In this document: in pieces, positions 1-9,821 of the stretch | Layout of the letters: each line of letters begins with the position of its first letter | Numbering within the stretch: position 1 is the stretch's first letter | NCBI GenBank assembly: GCA_038137215.1 | Contig: JAYQBG010000001.1 | Location: 40,145-104,144, forward strand | Source of the DNA: Alphaproteobacteria bacterium | GTDB lineage: Bacteria > Pseudomonadota > Alphaproteobacteria > UBA6615 | DNA length: 64,000 bases | Reading direction: 5' to 3' | Position numbers and translations under genes: made by a program | The notes under the pieces: generated by a model | Told to the model about the DNA's origin: nothing | What the model saw: the letters and a program-made list of their open reading frames with translations, nothing else | Database searches by the model: none

Positions 1-3000
1 ACGATTTCTCGAGCGCAACAACATCGTCTTCCGGGCCGGTGTGAACGAAGATCTCGCCGCCACAGCAATCTGGGGGACCCAGCAGATCAACCTGTCGGAA
101 GGTGCCAAACACGATGGCGTCTTTGGCATGTGGTACGCCAAGGGTCCGGGCGTCGATCGTTCGGGCGATGCGCTCAAGCACGGCAATCTGGCCGGCTCAT
201 CCCCCCATGGCGGCGTCCTGCTGCTGGCCGGGGACGACCACACCTGCAAATCCTCGACCACCGCCCACCAGTCGGAATACGCCTTCGTGGACGCCATGAT
301 CCCGGTTCTCAATCCGGCCGGCGTGCAGGAGTTTCTCGATCTGGGGCTCTTCGGTTGGGCCATGTCGCGCTACTCCGGTTGCTGGGTCGCCTTCAAGACC
401 GTTGCGGAGACCGTGGACAGTTCGGCCTCGGTCCATGTGGATCCACACCGAATCGACATCGTGACACCGAACGATTTCGAGATGCCCATGGGCGGTCTCA
501 ACATCCGCTGGCCCGACGAATTCCTCGAGCAGGAAGAGCGCCTTCACAAATACAAGCTGCAAGCCGCACTGGCCTTTGCCCGCGCCAATCAGCTCGACAA
601 GGTTGTGATCGACAGCCCGAAGCGCCGCCTCGGTATTGTCACCACCGGCAAGAGCTATCTCGATGTACGGCAGGCGCTCGACGATCTGGGCATTTCCGAA
701 GAACAGGCCGCCGATATCGGGATCAGCCTCTACAAGGTCGCGATGGCCTGGCCGCTCGAACCCCAGGGCATGCGCGCCTTCGCCGAAGGTCACGACGAGA
801 TTCTTGTGATAGAGGAAAAACGCCCGCTGATCGAAGATCAACTCAAGGATCAGCTCTACAACCTGCCGGATTCCGCCCGGCCGAAGGTCACCGGAAAGTT
901 CGATGAATCCGGAAACTGGCTCCTCCCCTCGTCGGGCGAACTGACCCCGGCCCAGATTGCCCGCGCCATCGCGGGTCGCCTGTCACGCTGGCATAAATCG
1001 GAATCGATCTCCGAACGGATGGACTATCTGGCGCGCAAGGAAGCCTCGCTGGCCCAGCAGCCCCCCTCGGTCAAACGCATCCCCTATTTCTGCTCCGGTT
1101 GTCCCCACAACACCTCCACCAAGGTGCCCGAGGGCAGCCGCGCGCTCGCCGGCATCGGCTGTCACTTCATGTCGATCTGGATGGACCGCAACACGGAGAC
1201 CTTCACCCATATGGGCGGTGAAGGCGTGTCCTGGGTGGGACAGGCTCCGTTTGTCGAAGACGATCATGTCTTCGTCAATCTCGGCGACGGCACCTATTAC
1301 CATTCCGGCTATATAGCCATTCGTCAGGCCGTCGCATCCGGCGAGAACATGACCTACAAGATCCTGTTCAACGACGCTGTGGCCATGACCGGCGGCCAGC
1401 ATCATGACGGCCCGCTCACCGTGCCGGCCATCACCCGTCAGGTCGAGGCCGAGGGTGTCGCAAAAATCGTCGTCGTCACCGACGAGCCGGACAAATACCC
1501 GACCGGTGCACCCTTTGCCCATGGCGTCACGGTGCATCATCGCGACGAGCTCGACAGCGTTCAGAAAGACCTGCGCGACTATCCCGGCGTCTCGGTACTG
1601 GTCTATGACCAGACCTGCGCCGCCGAGAAACGCCGCCGTCGAAAGCGCGGCACCTTTCCCGATCCCGCCAAGTGGGTGATGATCAATGAACAGGTCTGCG
1701 AAGGCTGCGGCGATTGTTCGGTCAAGTCGAACTGTCTGTCGGTCGTTCCCGTCGAAACCGAATTCGGCCGGAAACGGTCCATCGACCAGTCGAGCTGCAA
1801 CAAGGACTATTCCTGTGTGAACGGGTTCTGTCCAAGCTTCGTGACCATCGAAGGCGGCGGGTTGCGCAAACCCGACACAGAGACACCGGTGGGTGCCGAC
1901 AGCGCCTTCGACGGGATCGCATTGCCCGAACCGAACCTGCCTGCGCTTGATGAGCCCTACGGCATCCTGGTGACAGGCGTTGGCGGCACGGGCGTTGTGA
2001 CCATCGGCGCGCTGATTGGCATGGCCGCCCATATCGAGAACAAGGGCGTCTCAGTCCTCGACATGGCCGGTCTCGCCCAGAAGGGCGGAGCCGTCATCAG
2101 CCATATCCGGATCGGCACCACGCCCGAAGATCTGCATGCCGTACGCATCGCCGCGGGCAGCGCCAATCTGATTCTGGGATGCGATCTGGTGGTCGCGGCC
2201 GGAACCGATGCCGTCGCCAAGATGCAGACGGGTGTGAGCCGGGCGGTGATAAACAGCCATGAAACGATCACCGGGGATTTCACCCGCAATCCCGACTTTA
2301 TGCTCAATGCCGGCGAACTCGCCCAGACAATTCGTGTCGCGGTGGGGGACAGTGCGGCAGATTTCGTCGAAGCCACCCGATACGCCACCGCCCTGATGGG
2401 TGATTCCATCGCCACCAACCTGTTCATGCTCGGGTATGCCTGGCAGAAGGGTCTGGTGCCGATTTCGCGCGACGCCCTGGAGCAGGCGATCGAACTCAAC
2501 GCCGTCGCGGTCGATTTCAACAAGGATGCCTTCCTTTGGGGCCGCCGTGCGGCCGTTGACGAAACCCGTGTCGCGCGCGCTGCCGAACCGGTGACGCCGC
2601 TGCGTCTGAAACAGGCCGATATTGCAAGCAGCCTCGAGGAGATCGTCGAGCGGCGCATTCGCTTCCTGACCAGTTATCAGAACGCCGCCTATGCGCGCCG
2701 CTACAAGGATCTGGTGGTTCGGGTGCAGAAGGCCGAGGGCGACCGCACAAAGGGGCAGTCTGGGCTGGCTGAAGTTGTCGCGCGTTACTACTTCAAGCTG
2801 CTCGCCTACAAGGATGAGTACGAAGTCGCACGGCTCTATACCGATGGCGAGTTCCAGCGCCGCGTCCGTGACCAGTTCGAGGGGGACTACAAGCTGAAGT
2901 TCCACATGGCCCCGCCGCTCTTCGCCAAACGCGACCCCGAGACCGGGGAGCTCGCGAAACAGGAATTCGGCCCATGGATGTTGACGGCCTTCCGGGTCCT

Positions 3001-3292
3001 GGCCGGGCTGAAATTCCTGCGGGGCACCGCGCTGGACATCTTCGGCTATGCGGCCGAACGCAAGCAGGAGCGCCAGTTGATTGCCGACTACGAAAACACC
3101 ATTGACGAACTGCTGTCCGGGCTGACCTCGCAGAACCACGAACTTGCCGTGGCGATCGCATCGATCCCCGAGCATATTCGCGGCTACGGCCATGTGAAGG
3201 TACAGCATTTCGAAAAGGCCAAGCAGGAAGAAGCTGCCCTGCTGCGCGCATACCGGGACCCGGACGGGGTCCAGGTGAAAGCGGCGGAATAG
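1..3292 (+). CDS. indolepyruvate/2-oxoacid:ferredoxin oxidoreductase, fused alpha-beta type (5' end lies outside window)
   Basis: Frame open from base 2 (upstream codons RFLERNNIVFRAGVNEDLAATAIWGTQQ continue the family N-terminal region); GVFGMWYAKGPGVDRSGD and GGVLLLAGDDH motifs; TPP-type GDGTYYHSG; ferredoxin-like CEGCGDCSVKSNC ... CVNGFCPSF; 1083 aa of the ~1150 aa typical for this family. Confidence 0.85.
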   Translation, partial: RFLERNNIVFRAGVNEDLAATAIWGTQQINLSEGAKHDGVFGMWYAKGPGVDRSGDALKHGNLAGSSPHGGVLLLAGDDHTCKSSTTAHQSEYAFVDAMIPVLNPAGVQEFLDLGLFGWAMSRYSGCWVAFKTVAETVDSSASVHVDPHRIDIVTPNDFEMPMGGLNIRWPDEFLEQEERLHKYKLQAALAFARANQLDKVVIDSPKRRLGIVTTGKSYLDVRQALDDLGISEEQAADIGISLYKVAMAWPLEPQGMRAFAEGHDEILVIEEKRPLIEDQLKDQLYNLPDSARPKVTGKFDESGNWLLPSSGELTPAQIARAIAGRLSRWHKSESISERMDYLARKEASLAQQPPSVKRIPYFCSGCPHNTSTKVPEGSRALAGIGCHFMSIWMDRNTETFTHMGGEGVSWVGQAPFVEDDHVFVNLGDGTYYHSGYIAIRQAVASGENMTYKILFNDAVAMTGGQHHDGPLTVPAITRQVEAEGVAKIVVVTDEPDKYPTGAPFAHGVTVHHRDELDSVQKDLRDYPGVSVLVYDQTCAAEKRRRRKRGTFPDPAKWVMINEQVCEGCGDCSVKSNCLSVVPVETEFGRKRSIDQSSCNKDYSCVNGFCPSFVTIEGGGLRKPDTETPVGADSAFDGIALPEPNLPALDEPYGILVTGVGGTGVVTIGALIGMAAHIENKGVSVLDMAGLAQKGGAVISHIRIGTTPEDLHAVRIAAGSANLILGCDLVVAAGTDAVAKMQTGVSRAVINSHETITGDFTRNPDFMLNAGELAQTIRVAVGDSAADFVEATRYATALMGDSIATNLFMLGYAWQKGLVPISRDALEQAIELNAVAVDFNKDAFLWGRRAAVDETRVARAAEPVTPLRLKQADIASSLEEIVERRIRFLTSYQNAAYARRYKDLVVRVQKAEGDRTKGQSGLAEVVARYYFKLLAYKDEYEVARLYTDGEFQRRVRDQFEGDYKLKFHMAPPLFAKRDPETGELAKQEFGPWMLTAFRVLAGLKFLRGTALDIFGYAAERKQERQLIADYENTIDELLSGLTSQNHELAVAIASIPEHIRGYGHVKVQHFEKAKQEEAALLRAYRDPDGVQVKAAE

Positions 3293-3346
3293 GCAAAACG
3301 AAAACCCGGTGTCACGGATTGCGCCGTTTCGTGCTACGCAGCTTGC

Positions 3347-4252
3347 ATGAACACCGCACATATCCGATTTGGGTTTAAAATTTCGCTCGCCTGCGACGCG
3401 CAGGTCCCGATGCTGCTGGCATTGTCCCCGCACCCGATGTTTGCCGGAAGCATCATTGGTTCCGAAGAAATCCGGACGGAACCCGAAATTCCACAAGATA
3501 CCTATCTCGATGCTTTCGGGAACCTCTTCACGCGGATCGTGGCACCGGAAGGCGGCCTGGTGCTCTGGTCGGACTGTGTTACCGAAATGGATGGCAGCCC
3601 GGACCCGGTCCTGCCGGACGCACCACTCGCTCCGGTCCCGGAATTGCCATCCGAAACCCTGATGTATCTGGCCCCCAGCCGTTACTGTGAATCAGACCGG
3701 CTGGGCGACTTTGCCTGGGACGCCTTCGGATTCTACACACCCGGCTGGCAGCAGGTGCAGGCGATCTGCGACTACGTCCACGAACAGACCACCTTCGACT
3801 ACAAGTTCGGGCGCCAGACCAAAACGGCCTATGACGTCCATGTCGAGAAGAGCGGGGTTTGCCGGGACTACGCACATCTGGCCATAACGCTGTGCCGGGC
3901 CATGAATATTCCGGCCCGCTATGTCAGTGGCTACATTTCCGACATCGACGCGTCGGAGAGCGGTCCTACCGATTTCTGCGCATGGTTCGAGGTGTTCCTC
4001 GACGGTGCCTGGCACGCATTCGATGCGCGCCACAACACCCCGCGCATAGGCCGCATCGAGCTGGTGCGCGGCCGGGACGCGGCCGATGTCGCGATGATCA
4101 CGTCTTTCGGAACTTACGCGCTCACGCATTTTCGGGTCTGGACCATCGGCCTTCCGGATGGACCGAGCGAGGCCGAGATGCTGGCTTCGCTGGAAATGCG
4201 CCCGGATACGCCGGCGTTGGTCTTCCCGACCTCTGCGCGGATCAACGACTAG
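3347..4252 (+). CDS. transglutaminase-like cysteine-protease family protein
   Basis: 301 aa ORF; core GVCRDYAHLAITLCRAMNIPARYVSGY with catalytic Cys and downstream His/Asp context typical of bacterial transglutaminase-like domains. Confidence 0.8.
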   Translation: MNTAHIRFGFKISLACDAQVPMLLALSPHPMFAGSIIGSEEIRTEPEIPQDTYLDAFGNLFTRIVAPEGGLVLWSDCVTEMDGSPDPVLPDAPLAPVPELPSETLMYLAPSRYCESDRLGDFAWDAFGFYTPGWQQVQAICDYVHEQTTFDYKFGRQTKTAYDVHVEKSGVCRDYAHLAITLCRAMNIPARYVSGYISDIDASESGPTDFCAWFEVFLDGAWHAFDARHNTPRIGRIELVRGRDAADVAMITSFGTYALTHFRVWTIGLPDGPSEAEMLASLEMRPDTPALVFPTSARIND

Positions 4253-4267
4253 GGATCTGCCGCCGCA

Positions 4268-4510
4268 TCACACGCCAACCGCGTTGCGATAGACCTCAAG
4301 CAGGTGCTCCTGCTCCTGGCGCTCATTGGGCTCCAACTTTCGCAGACGAACGATCGCGCGCATGGTCTTGGCATCGAAACCGGCGGATTTTGCTTCGGAA
4401 TAGACCTCACGGATATCCGCGTTCAGATTGGCGCGGTCTTCTTCCAGACGCTCGACCCGTTCGATGAAACTGCGCAGGCGTTCGGCTGCGATTCCGCCGG
4501 TGTCAGACAT
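4268..4510 (-). CDS. DUF2312 / GapR-like small DNA-binding protein
   Basis: 80 aa from ATG at 4510: MSDTGGIAAERLRSFIERVERLEEDRANLNADIREVYSEAKSAGFDAKTMRAIVRLRKLEPNERQEQEHLLEVYRNAVGV, matches the conserved alphaproteobacterial UPF0335/GapR family. Confidence 0.75.
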   Translation of the reverse strand: MSDTGGIAAERLRSFIERVERLEEDRANLNADIREVYSEAKSAGFDAKTMRAIVRLRKLEPNERQEQEHLLEVYRNAVGV

Positions 4511-4611
4511 GAAACTCTCTCCGAAAAACGATGGTCTGCGCATGCATGCGCGATGGAGCAGCGTTTAACCCATACACCTGTGGAAAGGCAAAGCCGGCCT
4601 GGGGATAGCCT

Positions 4612-5094
4612 TCAGTCACCGAGGGTTTTCTCGAACCAGACCTGCGCATAGGGGTTGTCATTGTACCGCGCGATTTCGGCATATCCGGCCCTGCGATAGA
4701 GCTTCTGCGCTTCGACAAGGGTGTTGTTGGAATCCAGCCGAAGCCTGGTGAAACCGCCCTGAACCGCCGCCTCTTCCAGCGCCAGCAGCAGGCGATAGCC
4801 GAGACCCTGACCACGTGCGTCATCGCAGACCCACATGCGTTTGATCTCGGCATACCCTTCACGAAAGGCAACGCCGCCGCACCCAACCGGCAGGTCGCCG
4901 GCACGGGCGAGCAAAAACGCGCCTGTCGGCGGTGCATAGATGCTGTCATCGGGGGCGCCTCCGGCGTCCCGATCGAATCCGTCGGGGAACCGGCGATCGA
5001 TTTCATTGAAATAGCGATCAAGACACCAGATGGAATCCGGATGCGAAAGCGCTTCGGGACCGATCAGGGTCTCCTCGGGAGATGCGGCCACCAT
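4612..5094 (-). CDS. GNAT family N-acetyltransferase
   Basis: Acetyl-CoA binding motif RGQGLGYRLLLALEEAA and surrounding GNAT fold signature; start chosen at internal Met (MVAASPEE) because the longer ORF N-terminus is Arg/Pro-rich junk and would overlap the upstream gene. Confidence 0.7.
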   Translation of the reverse strand: MVAASPEETLIGPEALSHPDSIWCLDRYFNEIDRRFPDGFDRDAGGAPDDSIYAPPTGAFLLARAGDLPVGCGGVAFREGYAEIKRMWVCDDARGQGLGYRLLLALEEAAVQGGFTRLRLDSNNTLVEAQKLYRRAGYAEIARYNDNPYAQVWFEKTLGD

Positions 5095-5113
5095 ACCCGC
5101 ACGCCGTCCGGGG

Positions 5114-5416
5114 TCAGTGGCCCTGCTTCTCCTGCATCTTGGCAAGCTGCTCGGGTGTCGCTTCGGTCTGGTGCTTGGCCTTCCACTCACTGTAGGGCAT
5201 GCCATAGACGATCTCGCGTGCCTCGTCATAGTCGAGGTCGAGGCCCTTTTCCTCTGCTGCGGCCCGGTACCATTTCGACAGGCAGTTCCGGCAAAAATCG
5301 GCGAGGTTCATCAGATCGATGTTCTGCACCTCCGGATGGTCCTGCAGATGCTTCACAAGGGTGCGGAAGGCTGCCGCTTCCAGTTCGGTCTGGGTCGCTT
5401 TGTCGAGTTCGGCCAT
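5114..5416 (-). CDS. DUF1244 family protein
   Basis: 100 aa from ATG at 5416 (MAELDKATQTELEAAAFRTLVKHLQDHPEVQNIDLMNLADFCRNCLSKWYR...); conserved small proteobacterial family. Confidence 0.65.
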   Translation of the reverse strand: MAELDKATQTELEAAAFRTLVKHLQDHPEVQNIDLMNLADFCRNCLSKWYRAAAEEKGLDLDYDEAREIVYGMPYSEWKAKHQTEATPEQLAKMQEKQGH

Positions 5417-5514
5417 GGCATCTCTCTCCTGGGATCGTTTGTTCGCCTCTGCAATATAGGCGCCGGAGGCGGCGGCGCAACGCATCGCGGCCAATTCCGC
5501 GCCACAGAGCTCGG

Positions 5515-6651
5515 TCAGGTCACCCCGACCATTGTCTCCTCGATCAGCCAGTCCACGACAGCCCGGCGCGCCTCGGGCTCATCGGCACCGCCCTGACGGG
5601 CTTTCTGGTGGATATCGAGCTGCTGCTGTCCACTGGTTCCGCGTTCGAGAATCTGACGCGCATGTTCGACATCCGTCACGCAGCCGAGCAAAATGGCGTC
5701 CGGGGATACCAATTCCAGTATTTCTTCGAGCAATTCGTCATAAGCCACGATCTGGCCCTTGCCGAAATCCACAAGCCCCTGGGTCAGACCATACCGTTGG
5801 GCATGCCAGCGATTTTCATTGATGAGAAGATTGGAATAGACCCGCCAGCACTGATTGTCGCGACGCAGGCGCATAATCATGGCAACGAAGCACACATAAA
5901 GCGCGGCGATCGTCAGAGTGTCGTCGAGGGTCGTACAGATATCGGTGATGCGCATCTCCACCGTCGGAAATCGGGCGCTGGGCCGGACATCCCACCAAAT
6001 TTTCGACGCATCCTCGATCAGCCCGGCCTCGATCAGCATATCGATATGACGCTGGTACTCGCCCCAGCTGTCAAAGCGTTCGGGCAGACCGGTGCGCGGC
6101 AATTCGTCGAACACGCTGAGCCGGTAGCTCAGGAGCCCCGTGTCCTGTCCCTGCCAGAACGGCGAGGAGGTGGACAGAGCCAGCAGGTACGGCAGGAAAT
6201 AGCTGACCTGATTCATCACATCGATGCGGTGTTCCTGATCCTCGACCCCCACATGCACATGCATGCCGCAGATCAGCAGGCGGCGGGCTACGGTCTGCAA
6301 GTCCGCCGCCAGCGTGTTGTAGCGCTCCTTGTCCACATGGACCTGATCGTGCCAGTCCGCGCTGGGATGGGTGGATGCCGCGATGATACGATAGCCATGC
6401 ACCTCGGCCACCCCGCCCACAGTTCTTCGCAGCTCGATCAGACGCTGGCGCGCTTCGCTCATATTGGCGCAGACGCTGGTTCCCACCTCGATCTGGGACT
6501 TCAGAAACTCCGGTGAAACCGCCCCCTCCTCTTTCGGAACCGCAGCCTCACATTCCTGCAACAACGCAGCGGGCGGATCACCGGCAAGATCGCGGGTCTC
6601 GGGATCAACGAGAAGATATTCTTCCTCGATCCCGAGCGTGTATCCCTCCAT
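5515..6651 (-). CDS. carboxylate-amine ligase, glutamate-cysteine ligase family 2 (YbdK-like)
   Basis: MEGYTLGIEEEYLLVDPETRDLAG N-terminus and ICGMHVHVGVEDQEHRIDVMNQVSYFLPYLLALSTSSPFW block are diagnostic of GCS2; ATG at 6651 lies 4 nt after the stop of the upstream amidohydrolase gene. Confidence 0.85.
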   Translation of the reverse strand: MEGYTLGIEEEYLLVDPETRDLAGDPPAALLQECEAAVPKEEGAVSPEFLKSQIEVGTSVCANMSEARQRLIELRRTVGGVAEVHGYRIIAASTHPSADWHDQVHVDKERYNTLAADLQTVARRLLICGMHVHVGVEDQEHRIDVMNQVSYFLPYLLALSTSSPFWQGQDTGLLSYRLSVFDELPRTGLPERFDSWGEYQRHIDMLIEAGLIEDASKIWWDVRPSARFPTVEMRITDICTTLDDTLTIAALYVCFVAMIMRLRRDNQCWRVYSNLLINENRWHAQRYGLTQGLVDFGKGQIVAYDELLEEILELVSPDAILLGCVTDVEHARQILERGTSGQQQLDIHQKARQGGADEPEARRAVVDWLIEETMVGVT

Positions 6652-6655
6652 CGTC

Positions 6656-7501
6656 TCAGCCGTCTTTGGGCGTCTCCGAATTTCGGATCCGGTACAGACT
6701 GTCGTCTTCCAGAATGGGCGCGAGCGCATCGAGCAGGCACTGCGTCCAGTCTTCCGCACCGTGATGGGTGTCGATCAGATCCTGCCGGATTTCGATCAAC
6801 GCATTCGCAAAACCTGCGCCATCGCCATGCCGTTCGAGCGTGTAGCCGTATCCCAGACGCGCCGAATAGGGTTCGTTGTCCCCGATCGTCAAATCCGGGT
6901 TTTCGCGCAGCTTCCTGATCAACGCCTCGGGCAGGCGCGGGTCCCGGTTCCATAGAATGCCGAGCTCCCAGGGGCGTTCGACAGCATCCATGATCGGGGT
7001 GAAGCTGTGGATCGACAACAGCACCGGCGCCAGGCCCGGATCACCGGCGGCCTGGAGCCGGTCCAGCTGGCCCTCAATGGCGCGGTGATAGGGATCGAAC
7101 AGGGACCCAATTCGCAGGGCACGCGCGGCCTCATCCAGACCGATATTCGCCGGCACGGGAGTCATATCGCTTTCACCGAGAATCAGGCCCCGGTGATCGA
7201 GCGCTCGGTTGCAGTCGATCACCAGCCGCGAGTAGTTGGTCATGACCGCCGGCGCGTTCAGGGCGTCGGCCATGCGCCGCGTGACATCCGCCGCACCGAT
7301 GTCCCAGCCGATATGGCGGGCCAGTTCGATGTCGCTCAGTCCGAGGCCGTCGAGCGCGCGCGGAACGCGATTGCTGGCGTGATCACACAGCAAGAGGACA
7401 CGCCCCGTGGCCTCCGGGTTCAGGATTTCGACAGGCGGCACTTCGTCTGCGGCCAGGAGGCCGGACGCCGGTGCAGGCGATGATTCGGACCGATTTTCCA
7501 T
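6656..7501 (-). CDS. N-formylglutamate amidohydrolase family protein
   Basis: 281 aa from ATG at 7501; LLLCDHASNRVP and LLSIHSFTP motifs of the FGase (HutG-like) zinc amidohydrolase family. Confidence 0.8.
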   Translation of the reverse strand: MENRSESSPAPASGLLAADEVPPVEILNPEATGRVLLLCDHASNRVPRALDGLGLSDIELARHIGWDIGAADVTRRMADALNAPAVMTNYSRLVIDCNRALDHRGLILGESDMTPVPANIGLDEAARALRIGSLFDPYHRAIEGQLDRLQAAGDPGLAPVLLSIHSFTPIMDAVERPWELGILWNRDPRLPEALIRKLRENPDLTIGDNEPYSARLGYGYTLERHGDGAGFANALIEIRQDLIDTHHGAEDWTQCLLDALAPILEDDSLYRIRNSETPKDG

Positions 7502-7546
7502 CAGTTGATTATAGCCAAAAGGCACCGGCCGCACCCGAGCGGAGAC

Positions 7547-7580
7547 AAAATTTTGGCCGGGCCGTGTGTGCGGCCCGGCC
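7547..7580 (-). terminator. rho-independent terminator downstream of dps
   Basis: Perfect 10-bp inverted repeat ggccgggccg-tgtgtg-cggcccggcc flanked by AAAATTTT, immediately 3' of the dps stop. Confidence 0.6.
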
Positions 7581-7600
7581 AGTGAAACCTATCGGGAAAA

Positions 7601-8095
7601 TTATCCAATCATGCTGCGGAGCATCCAGGCATTCTTCTCGTGCAACTGCATACGCTGGGTCAGCAGATCTGCTGTCGCTTCGTCATTGCCGGCCTCGGCG
7701 GTCGGAAACACTTCACGAGCAGTGCGCACAACGGTTTCCTGCCCTTCGGCCAATTGCCGGATCATATCCTCGGCGATGGGCACATCATCGGCTTCGGGAA
7801 TCGACGACAACTCCGCATAGGCGGCATAACTTCCGGGGGCGGCAAAGCCCAGGGCACGGATTCGTTCGGCAATTTCGTCCACGGCCAGAGCGAGTTCGTT
7901 GTACTGGGTCTCGAACATCAGATGCAGGGTGTTGAACATCGGCCCCGTCACGTTCCAGTGGAAGTTGTGGGTCTTCAGATACAGGGTGTAGGTGTCTGCC
8001 AGCAGCCGCGATAGCCCGTCTGCGATTTCTTGGCGTTGAGCTTCGGGAATGCCGATATTGACCGGCGCACCAATGGACGGGATGGGGGATGCCAT
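7601..8095 (-). CDS. dps: Dps family DNA-protection/ferritin-like protein
   Basis: 164 aa; [52 protein letters not shown] ferroxidase-site signature of Dps. Confidence 0.9.
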   Translation of the reverse strand: MASPIPSIGAPVNIGIPEAQRQEIADGLSRLLADTYTLYLKTHNFHWNVTGPMFNTLHLMFETQYNELALAVDEIAERIRALGFAAPGSYAAYAELSSIPEADDVPIAEDMIRQLAEGQETVVRTAREVFPTAEAGNDEATADLLTQRMQLHEKNAWMLRSMIG

Positions 8096-8110
8096 GCTTC
8101 GAACTCTTAT

Positions 8111-8128
8111 ATTAGAACCATTCTAAAT
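8111..8128. promoter_or_regulatory. candidate Irr-type iron control element (ICE) palindrome in dps promoter region
   Basis: ATTAGAA-CCA-TTCTAAAT, one mismatch from the Bradyrhizobium ICE consensus TTTAGAA-N3-TTCTAAA, about 15 to 35 bp upstream of dps ATG. Confidence 0.45.
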
Positions 8129-8265
8129 ATGAGTTGACGCATGGCAGTTTCAAGGCCCCCGGCGCGAAAAGACAATCACCTCCGGGACGAAAACCTGATT
8201 GGTGGACGCGAATTCGGAACCAGGAAGGCCAAAGGCGCCGTGGCGCCACCGACGACGCGAGACGG

Positions 8266-9489
<1,224 letters not shown>

Positions 9490-9563
9490 TTATTCGGCGG
9501 GTGCGAACCTAGTCCCGGACCGTTTGGTACGCAATATCGAAGGGCCGTATCGGCCCACAATTG

Positions 9564-9698
9564 CTACTCGGCAGCAACGATATCGCGTTCCTGCTTGCGG
9601 CGCGCACCGCTTTCGGTGGTCAGCCAGAACGTCACGGCCGCAAAGGCAATCATTCCGGCACCGACAATTCCAAGGACAATCATGTTTTCGAGGGGCAT
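9564..9698 (-). CDS. hypothetical 44-aa single-TM membrane peptide (not in ORF track, below length cutoff)
   Basis: ATG at 9698 preceded by GGAGAC 6 nt upstream; MPLENMIVLGIVGAGMIAFAAVTFWLTTESGARRKQERDIVAAE has one hydrophobic helix then a basic tail; GGGCCG-ATAC-GGCCC hairpin just 3' of the stop. Confidence 0.35.
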   Translation of the reverse strand: MPLENMIVLGIVGAGMIAFAAVTFWLTTESGARRKQERDIVAAE

Positions 9699-9821
9699 AA
9701 CAGGTCTCCGTGTAAATTCCCGGAAATCCTATTTTGGTGCCAGACCGTGGCATTGATTTAGGTCAAACATCGCGCCACAGCCGAGTGTTTTTCCGCACCC
9801 GCCTGACCTATATAAAGCCCC

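Noticed and set aside
983-3496. Long minus-strand ORFs (983..2032, 1957..2658, 2051..3496) inside the oxidoreductase gene
   Set aside because: Antisense to a gene with unambiguous family motifs; Arg/Ala/Gly-rich composition typical of wrong-frame ORFs in high-GC DNA.
5030-6516. Plus-strand ORFs 5030..5596 and 5041..6516 (491 aa)
   Set aside because: Overlap the DUF1244 and GCS2 genes on the opposite strand; low-complexity Arg/Pro/Gly-rich translation with no recognisable domain.
9490-9761. Track ORFs 9490..9753 (-) and 9561..9761 (+)
   Set aside because: Cys/Arg-rich or low-complexity translations; the compact 44-codon ORF with an SD in a third frame explains the open reading space better.
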